From positions 48,253,845 through 48,298,303 of the forward strand of contig NC_068997.1 of assembly GCF_001194135.2 (NCBI RefSeq): a stretch of DNA of 44,459 nt. The letters are read 5' to 3'. The notes under the pieces were generated by a model. That model was not told where the DNA came from and did no database searches. It saw nothing but the letters and a program-made list of their open reading frames with translations. This document shows, piece by piece, positions 35,870 through 44,459 of this stretch. Every line of letters starts with the position of its first letter. Position 1 is the first letter of the stretch. Both the position numbers and the translations under genes were made by a program. The stretch is from Octopus bimaculoides. Taxonomy: Eukaryota.

Positions 35870-37909
35870 TTTGAGAATTGAACTCCGCTCCGAGTTCAAA
35901 TATCTCTTACGTTTCCATTCTTTTCCGTTTTCTGGTGCTACAACATGTAGTTTCAAATTGTTTGGGGTGTTGCTACCTCAAACGTGTCGTACAATTCTCC
36001 ATAGAGATTTCATTTCTCGTGACAGTTTTTTCCATGAATCTTTTCTTAAGCTGGTTAATGTCTTTTGTATTAGACATTTCCCCCTTTACCAGGAATATCA
36101 TTCTTCCAATTTGTTTAATTATTTCACAGTCCTCCCAACTTTCTTTACATATCGATAGGTTTTTTTTAAAATTGTCACCTAACTTGAAGAATTTTGAAAT
36201 ATTTTTTTTGTTCGCCTTTTTTTATTTTCACTCGGTATCGGCTTATCAAAGACGGATCTGACATTTGTAGCAAATATCAATTCTGCGGGTGACATTCCCG
36301 ACGATGTATTCGGATTAGGAGTTCCTCGGTACACTCTTAGAAATTGTTGAAGTGTAAAATTGTCCATCACTTCATTGTTGCTTTTTTTAACGCCCTCTTG
36401 ACCAAGGATGATAGGGCGGAGTGGCGACATGTTTGATGACGAACATTTCGCAAAATTTTCCGAAGTCGTCTGACATGAACTGAGTTCCATTATCCGACAC
36501 AATGGCATCCGGAATACCATACCTGGCGAACAATTCGTGTAAAATGCTTAATGTAACTGCAAATGCCAGCTTTTTACATTTATGCACTTCTGATCACTTT
36601 GAAAAATTATCCACCACAACAGGTAATATGAACTCTTAAGTGGACCTGCGTAATCAATATGCAATCTGACCCCTGGAATATCTGTTTTTGGTCACCGTTG
36701 CCATTTAGTGGTAGGTGATTTTGCAGCTAAGGCACGCCCTCTGCATGATTTCACAGATTCTTTAATGTCACGGTTCATTGTTGGCCAATATACGTAACTT
36801 CTCATATATGATTTCATTCTCAAAATTTCTGGGTGACCAATATGAAATTCCTTTAATAATCGCTTTTGTTGTGTGACTGGCACTACGACTCTTTGTGCAT
36901 ACATCAACACATTATCACACTGAGAGAAATGGTTCTCATTTGTGTTACGCATATTTTTATCTCTTTTAGTCTCAGTATTTCTTTCATTTTTATAATGAAT
37001 TTATCGTTTGCCGATTTTAATTTATGTTTTGTAAAGTAATTGGTAGTTCACAAATAACGTTACACAAAACATTTTTTATTTCCTTTTCCGCTCGCAAAGC
37101 GGCAATGACGGTATCTTCAAATGGTTCCGCACTTTTCGAAATCAGTCTTGATAGACAATCCGCATGACCTAGTTTCTTGGATGGTATATATTCCATTTTG
37201 AAATCATAGTTTAATAATGTCGTACGACAACGTTGTAACCTATTAGCAGTATGGGTAGGAATTACTTTTTTAGATCCAAATATCGATAATAATTGACGGT
37301 GATCAGTCTGTAGACGAAAACTTCTACCGTTTAAAAATTTGTGTAACTTTTTCACGGAAAAATGATCGGTGGGGCTTCTTTTTCGATTTGACTATATTTT
37401 TTTTCTGATGATATCAGACAACGTGAGGCATGAACCACTGCCTTCATATTACCATCTTTATATTTATGTAGCATTATTGCTCCTATACCATACTCAGAAG
37501 CGTCTGAAGCTACAACAATCTCCGCTGCAGGATAGAAGTATGCTAACGACAAATCAGGTACTAATATTTTTTTAAATTTCGCCAAACCCTTTCGGCAATT
37601 TTCCGATTAATTTCACATCTTCTTATTCAGTGGAACCCTAACCTTATGCGTCCATTTATTTCAATGATTTGTCCTAAATATCTTATTTTCGGTAAGAAAA
37701 ATTTACACTTTTCAATTTTTTAAAATACTTATTTTACGTGCTCGACGTGTTGATCCCTGGATTCGTATTTAATGAGTATATCATCCAGATATGGAATTGT
37801 GAATTCACAGTCCGCTAACATTGTATCCATAATCTGTGGAAAATCACTGCTGCGACTTTTAAGCCAAATGGTAACCTGATAATAATGGAACACTTACCCC
37901 AAAGTGACA
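35870..37909 (-). pseudogene. pol: pol of outer element: RT C-half, RNase H, integrase (frameshifted)
   Basis: RLPFGLK, IPYLDDILI (YLDD at 37791-37780), VVASDASEYGIGA, QTDHRQL, GHADCLSR, HIGHPEI...YVYWP, IVSDNGTQF. Confidence 0.92.
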
Positions 37910-38152
37910 AGTGGTATATCTTAGTCGCTACAAATACTATGACGTAGGAAGCGAAGTTGAGAAGTCAGCGAAGTCTGTCATAGATAGTCGTGTCTTTACT
38001 CGTCTAACTATACTGCTATACCGGAGTGGACGTTATAATAGTCCGACGTTGGATTACAACACGTTTACATTTTTCAAGAAAAGATTGACTTTGAGATTGA
38101 CTTCCGTTGGAAGTTAATATCATTTTCATTTATTTATTTTTCTTTCATCACA
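37910..38152 (-). repeat. LTR-C (unrelated to LTR-A/B), preceded by a polypurine tract
   Basis: Sense AAAAGAGAGA|TGTGATG start, TATTATAA box, end ...GATATACCAC. It follows the integrase stop of the inner element, and outer RT resumes directly after it. Confidence 0.65.
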
Positions 38153-39708
38153 TCTCTCTTTTTGAAATGTTCCTCCTAGGGAAGTTTAATATTTCTTCCG
38201 TTTAGGCACTACTTCCAACCGTTTCGTTTGTTTCCTCTTTCTTGTGCTGCTATGCCTAAGTTTGATTTCTTGTGGCGATGGAACATCAAAGGAGTCATAG
38301 AAAACTTCCATGGGTATCTCTTTTCTTTTTTACGTATATTTATTTTTAGCTGGTTTAAATATCTTTCGTGTTCCGATTTTTCGCCCTTTATCATATATAT
38401 TATTTTGCCTATTCTTTTTGTTACTACTCCGTCTTCCCAATCTTGTATTCAATTTTCATATATATTTTGAAAAACACCTTGTCACTGATATTAAAATGTT
38501 TTCTTATATATTTAATGTTTTTCCTATTTGTTTTTCTTACTTGCAACAGATTGTCGATAACTGACTTTATTTTTCGAGCAAGCAATTTTTGGCCAGTAAA
38601 CATAACTCCATAAGCGACTTCATTCTAGAAATTCCTGGATGTCCAGTGTAGAATTCCTTTAACATTCGACCTTGTAGTGAGGTAGGCATTACGACCCTTT
38701 GTGCATGCATAAGCACATTATCACTTATAGAATACAAATTCGAAACTGCGTTACGTCGAGCCACACGTATTTTTCATTTGTTTCTTCTGATCTCACTATT
38801 TTTTTTCCCATTTTTATGATAAACTCGTCCATCTCTGCCTTAATTTTTATTTCCTCCAATGTCACAGGCAATTCACGCACAACATTGCACAATATCTTTT
38901 TATTTCATTTTCAGCTTTTAACGCCGCTGTCGCTGTGTCTTCTAATGGTTCACTGTATTTTGGTATTAGCCTTCACAAACCATCTGCATGTCCCAATTTT
39001 TTCGATGGCAAATACCTCATTTTGAAGTCGTAATTTAGTAGGATCGTTCTCCAGCACTGCGATTTGTTTGCTGTATGTATGGGGATACCTTTTTTCGATC
39101 CATAGATCGGCAATAATGGACGGTGATCTGTCTGCAGACGGAACCTTCTTCCAGCTATAAATTTATGGAATTTTTTTTTTTTTTACCGCAAATATGATGG
39201 CTAATGCCTCTTTTTGTATTTGACTGTAACTTTTCTCAACCGGCAATAATGAACGCGAAGCAAGAGCTACTGCTTTCAGGCTACCATCTTCATATTTGTG
39301 TAAATCACAGCTCCAATACCACTCTCACTAGCATCTGCTGCCACTAAAATTTCTAAATTCGGTTCTGGGGATAACTTTCTTCTCGTCATTCCAATTTTTA
39401 CATTCTTCTTTGGAGATTTTTTCGTACCTTCTAGAATATGCAGAAAAAGTAATACCTTCGTCTGGGTTATAAATGAATTCTCCAATTGAGTTTGCTGCGC
39501 CGTCTGACGAGAACGGACCTGAAGTATTTTCAGACTTCTTCAACATTACTTGTAGTAAGTGTTGGGATTATTGTTGTTGCTGTTGTAGTTGTTATTGTTT
39601 CTGTTGCAACTGTACCACGCAAGTCAATAAGCCTTCCATGTTAATAATTTTTTTCTTTGATTTCGTACCAAGAAAAAAATTTTAACATCTGATGCAAGCT
39701 TCGAATAT
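38153..39708 (-). pseudogene. Inner element body: gag N-terminus fused to RNase H-integrase zinc finger, fused to integrase C-terminus
   Basis: YNPDEGITFSAYSRRYE (gag); junction at ~39366 to EILVAADASESGIGAV; GHPGISRMKSLM..YVYWP; junction at ~38583 to the integrase tail. Confidence 0.85.
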
Positions 39709-39718
39709 CTCGTCGCAA
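39709..39718 (-). promoter_or_regulatory. Primer-binding site of inner element (one mismatch)
   Basis: Sense TTGCGACGAG, 6 nt from LTR-B; same spacing as the outer PBS. Confidence 0.75.
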
Positions 39719-39724
39719 CTTTTA

Positions 39725-39927
39725 TATCCTTGACAAATGTTGGATATATAATTTAAGGAAACTGGGGTAAAAACAATGTATTCACACGACGTACTTCGCG
39801 AGACACCTAAACGCCCTCTCAATCACTCCTACCGAGCCTCTCGTCTCAACCAATGCGATACTCTTTATAAGAGTTCAGCTAGTCCATTCTTCCAATCCCC
39901 CCAGAAGTGTCAATGATTCTCGCCACA
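39725..39927 (-). repeat. LTR-B, 5' LTR of inner element
   Basis: Sense TGTGGCGAGAATC...TTATAAA...ATATCCAA...CAAGGATA. The termini resemble LTR-A but the interior differs. Confidence 0.75.
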
Positions 39928-41302
39928 ACATAAAAGATTCCATCCAGTCAGTACCGAACAAGTTTGTTGTATTATTTACCAAAAAATCTTTAGCATGTAA
40001 GGTTTTTTTCACGAAATGTAATGTTACTTATCAATTCGCCCTTAAAATATGTTTTTCCTGAAACAGCACGGGTAATTTTTGAGGTCTCATTTAATCTCGG
40101 ACTCCCTATCTTTTTCAATGTATCTGTGTTAATCATTGAGATGCCACTGCCTCTATCCAATTGTAACTTTACGTTTCTGTTGATTTTTTACGTACACAAA
40201 TTATCTTTGCGGTTCGTTCGTATTTTTTGTCACCGATAATCTGTTTACGTGATTTTTTTCTGTTGAACAATTTTTTTAGGTTCTCTCATACAATGCGACT
40301 TTTTATGACCTATTTTACCACACTTGTAGTATTTTATATTACTAAACGGACAGTTATTTTTAAAATGTAGACCACCGCACCCACAACATGGATTCAGTCT
40401 TGATATGTTTTTGTCTATTATCTTATTCGTTACCAGTCGATACGCTTGAATCTGAGAACAATCTTTCTCTTCAGTTTCATTTGCGTCATGTCGTAGATTA
40501 ATAATACTCTGACATTATTCTGCTACTACCAGTACAGTTAAATTTTGGTCCTGTTCTAATTTTTTTAATATCCGGGAACATATATCATTATCTTTGTTTG
40601 CAGTAAGCCCTTGAACAAAAATTAAAGACTTGAACATGTTCGGGGTCAACTCATTCAATTTGAATTTCTCACACCCTCTGTTAACCACTCCGGCATAGGT
40701 GGCGAAATCTTCATCATCTTTTTTGACCAAATTTAAACATTGCCAGCGAATATTGAACAGGGAACCTCTTTCACTGAAAATTTTCGATACAATATTAAAT
40801 GTTTCATCGAAACAAATCTCACCTGGCTTCTCCTGCACAATATCATTACTATATTTTTTTGTGTTCGACAGGGGATAACTTTCTTAAAGGTAGTCGTAAT
40901 TTTTTTTTCGTTGGATCAACTTTTACACTCTTCTTTGAAGAGTTCTTCGTATTTATGAAAATATGCAGAGAAGGTAACCTCTTCATCTGGATTATAGCTG
41001 AATTTTTCAATTGAGTTTGCTATGCTATGTGGTAAGTACGAACCTGAAGTATTTTCAGACTTCTTCAACATTAATTCTTGAAACTGTTGGTTTTATTGTT
41101 TTTATTGTTGTAGTTGCTGCTGCAGCTGTTGCTGCAATTGCTGCTGTAACTGTTGTTGCTGCTGCTGTAGTTGCCGTTGCTGCTGCTGGTGTTGCTGTTC
41201 GAACTGCACCACAGAGGCCAATAAGTTCTCTGTGTTAAAATGATTTTTTTCTTCTGTTTCGAATAAAAAAACATTTAAACGTCCAACGCAAGCTTCGAAC
41301 AA
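39928..41302 (-). pseudogene. gag: gag-protease of outer element (frameshifted)
   Basis: Poly-Q N-terminus; LFNIRWQCLNLVKKDDEDF; knuckles CCGCGGLHFKNNC and YYKCGKIGHKKSHC; LQLDRGSG (decayed DTGS); NLFGTDWM. Confidence 0.9.
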
Positions 41303-41312
41303 CTCGTCGCCA
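41303..41312 (-). promoter_or_regulatory. Primer-binding site TGGCGACGAG, probably tRNA-Ser(GCU)
   Basis: Complementary to a ...CUCGUCGCCA tRNA 3' end (tRNA identity from memory). Lies 6 nt from the LTR end. Confidence 0.8.
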
Positions 41313-41318
41313 CTTTAA

Positions 41319-41516
41319 TGTCCTTGTATTGGATATATAATATATCGAGACAGGGAGCAGGGAAGAAAGTATATATACGACGGACTACTATTGCTATTAT
41401 ATGAGACTCAACGCTCCAAATCAAAGGCCCAATGCCTTACAGGGAACTGCTCACCAACCCGAACTGCCAATCGCACACAGTTCTTTAATTTATAACAATG
41501 AGTCAGTGCGCCTTTA
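41319..41516 (-). repeat. LTR-A, 5' copy (start hidden in gap 41517-41625)
   Basis: Plus strand begins TGTCCTTG, so the sense end is ...ACA. Homologous to 35640-35800. Confidence 0.88.
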
Positions 41517-41640
41517 NNNNNNNNNNNNNNNNNNNNNNNNNNNNNNNNNNNNNNNNNNNNNNNNNNNNNNNNNNNNNNNNNNNNNNNNNNNNNNNNNNNN
41601 NNNNNNNNNNNNNNNNNNNNNNNNNACACACACACACACA

Positions 41641-41976
41641 AAGACCCCCTTCGGTCATAAATGACCATAGTTTTGCACCTAGAATGTTACTCTCCCGAGA
41701 CACAAGTCCGGGTGCTGTTATTTATGGAAGACTAGCAGTCGCCCATATGCATACCAGCCTCCCCTGTCCGCGCAACCGATGTTATCTAAGAGAAAGGCAA
41801 AGGCCAATACAGCTTGAGACCGGTGACGTCACAACTCATTTCTACAGCCGAGTGAACTGGAGCAAAGTGAAATAAAGTGTCTTGCTCAAGAACACAACAC
41901 AGTCTGGTAAGGGTGTCAAACTCACTACCTCAAGATTGTGAGCCCGACGCTCTAATCACTGAGCTATGTGCCTTCA
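41641..41976 (-). mobile_element. SINE family S3, full length
   Basis: Reverse complement shows an A-box-like TAGCTCAGTGA, a B-box-like GAGTTTGACACC, a central TGTGTTCTTGAGCAAGACACTTTATTTCA and a tail ending GACCGAAGGGGGTC. Confidence 0.85.
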
Positions 41977-42007
41977 TACATACACACACGCGCTCACGCA
42001 CACACAT

Positions 42008-42156
42008 ATGGCTGTGTGGTAAGGAGCTTGCTTCCTATCCACATGGTTCCGGGTTCAGTCCCACTGCGTGGAACCTTGTGCAAGTATCTTCCACTATAGC
42101 CTTGCACCAACCAAAGCCTTGTGAATGTATTTGATAGACGGAAACTGAAAGAAGCC
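42008..42156 (+). mobile_element. SINE S2 5' half
   Basis: Aligns with 28586-28735. Confidence 0.88.
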
Positions 42157-42158
42157 AA

Positions 42159-42324
42159 TAGTGGCTTAGTGGTTGGGATATTTGGCTCACCATCGTAAGG
42201 TCGTTAGTTCAATTCCCGGAGACACGTTGTGTCCTTCAGCGAGACACTTTATTTTCATGTTACTCCAGTCCATTCAGCTGGCAAAACTGAGTAGTACCTG
42301 TATTTCAAAGGGCCAGCCTTGTCA
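42159..42324 (+). mobile_element. S3-related SINE 5' part, cut by gap 42325-43047
   Basis: A-box TGGCTTAGTGG, B-box AGTTCAATTCC, and TGTGTCCTTCAGCGAGACACTTTATTT. Confidence 0.85.
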
Positions 42325-43465
42325 NNNNNNNNNNNNNNNNNNNNNNNNNNNNNNNNNNNNNNNNNNNNNNNNNNNNNNNNNNNNNNNNNNNNNNNNNNNN
42401 NNNNNNNNNNNNNNNNNNNNNNNNNNNNNNNNNNNNNNNNNNNNNNNNNNNNNNNNNNNNNNNNNNNNNNNNNNNNNNNNNNNNNNNNNNNNNNNNNNNN
42501 NNNNNNNNNNNNNNNNNNNNNNNNNNNNNNNNNNNNNNNNNNNNNNNNNNNNNNNNNNNNNNNNNNNNNNNNNNNNNNNNNNNNNNNNNNNNNNNNNNNN
42601 NNNNNNNNNNNNNNNNNNNNNNNNNNNNNNNNNNNNNNNNNNNNNNNNNNNNNNNNNNNNNNNNNNNNNNNNNNNNNNNNNNNNNNNNNNNNNNNNNNNN
42701 NNNNNNNNNNNNNNNNNNNNNNNNNNNNNNNNNNNNNNNNNNNNNNNNNNNNNNNNNNNNNNNNNNNNNNNNNNNNNNNNNNNNNNNNNNNNNNNNNNNN
42801 NNNNNNNNNNNNNNNNNNNNNNNNNNNNNNNNNNNNNNNNNNNNNNNNNNNNNNNNNNNNNNNNNNNNNNNNNNNNNNNNNNNNNNNNNNNNNNNNNNNN
42901 NNNNNNNNNNNNNNNNNNNNNNNNNNNNNNNNNNNNNNNNNNNNNNNNNNNNNNNNNNNNNNNNNNNNNNNNNNNNNNNNNNNNNNNNNNNNNNNNNNNN
43001 NNNNNNNNNNNNNNNNNNNNNNNNNNNNNNNNNNNNNNNNNNNNNNNTTCGAAACCAAATGTATAATGGGATAATCTGCAAGCATATAGACATATTTATC
43101 GCATAAGACGTACATAAAGGAAAACCGATCAAAACAAACAACAGAAATGAGCGAACACACGAACTACATACGATAAAAAGACAAAAAACAAAAAAAAACG
43201 CATGAACAGAACTTGAAACAACCAAACAACATAACTTCAAATTCTCGCCCAACACACACGCACACACGCTCATATTTAAATGTGTGTATGTATACGTGTG
43301 TGAGCGTGTGTGTGCGTGCGTATGTATGCATATGTGTGTGTGTGTGTGTGTGAGTATGTGATGTGTGTGTTATATACACTACACACATAAATACATTCCT
43401 TGTCCCTGCATTGCAATTCTCACAAAACCATACATAACACGAATTCAAAGGACAACTAACTAGCA

Positions 43466-44075
43466 ATACATATATTGGCATGTCGCTCGCCCCATCACTG
43501 TGATAGTCCACCAAGCTGTACCTCACTCTAGAACCAATGTTTTCTTTCCTTAAACACAAACACAACTTTTCAACACGCAATATAAAACATGTATTCATCT
43601 ATACACTCTTTACTACATGAAGATATACGTGGTACACATATACGTATATTCGATACACTTTACATATACATAAACACTCTTGATGTCCGTTCACACAATA
43701 CATAACGCACTTAACATACTTCACATACAGAAGAAATCACTTCACATGAACAACACAAACACATACTGTATAATACATAAAGGACACTGTACACATATAT
43801 AACTATAAATGTAGTAAAATACTCAGATGCGTACGAATACACGCACACGCACTATGCTCATACACGCGCACCCCCCCCCCACACACATATAGCTACAAAC
43901 GTTACATAGATAGACTACTTTAGTCAAAACAGATGTGGCTCAAAGTTATCTAGTATAGAGTTTCTCAGAGTAACGAGTTGTGTTTGTGTTTAAAGAAAGA
44001 AAACATTGGTTCTAGAGTGAGCCAGCTCGGTGGACTATCACAGTGATGGGGCGAGCGACATGCCAATATATGTAT
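43466..44075. repeat. ~100-bp inverted repeat pair with 408-bp spacer (MITE/foldback-like)
   Basis: 43466-43567 versus the reverse complement of 43976-44075: about 3 substitutions and one 2-nt indel. Confidence 0.92.
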
Positions 44076-44426
44076 GTATGGATGTATGTATGTGTGTATA
44101 CACACACACACCATACACACACATACACACACACACACACACACACAACACATACACACACGATTGTATATGTATACGTATATATGCATGTAAACATAGT
44201 TTCTAAACAGGTGTCTGGTTGAATACTAATAATTCTTACTAGATGTGAAGAACTAAAAATGAGACAGACAGTATACACTTTCTTTACAAACGTGTGCTGC
44301 CTTATGAATACACCTACTCGCTACATACACACAGGCATACATACACCTGATCGTTTGTGACGTGATTAATGTGTGTCGTGTGTGTGTGTATACACGTACA
44401 GACAGACACACACATATATGTGTATT

Positions 44427-44459
<33 letters not shown>

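Larger units (their letters stand above)
35640..41516 (-). mobile_element. Nested Ty3/gypsy (Mag-like) LTR retrotransposon complex, non-autonomous
   Basis: Related LTRs at both ends, PBS, gag with two zinc knuckles, and PR-RT-RH-IN order. A second partial element lies inside. Confidence 0.92.

Overview
Gene-poor, repeat-saturated animal genomic DNA. It has 17 N-gaps totalling about 5.9 kb, most of them flanked by microsatellites. The microsatellite load and SINE families match my recollection of Octopus assemblies (inference, not searched). I found no host protein-coding exon I can support. Almost all ORF-track entries are microsatellite or gap read-throughs; the remainder are broken transposon frames. 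Recognisable elements are: three tRNA-derived SINE families; decayed L1/Tx1, R4/Dong, CR1/L2-like and RTE-like LINE fragments; Tc1 and mariner transposase fragments; two Helitron-like 3' ends; and a 5.9 kb nested Ty3/gypsy (Mag-like) LTR complex on the minus strand with three different LTR types. The least expected signal is a set of seven hammerhead-ribozyme-fold motifs of the kind known from Penelope-like element terminal repeats. One has a fully canonical catalytic core (27973-28017, minus strand). One repeat family has two copies that both carry CUGU instead of CUGA in the core (25002-25037 and 27643-27679). A roughly 100 bp, roughly 95% identical inverted repeat pair lies at 43466-44075. 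All alignments and folds were done by eye, and boundaries of old repeats are approximate.
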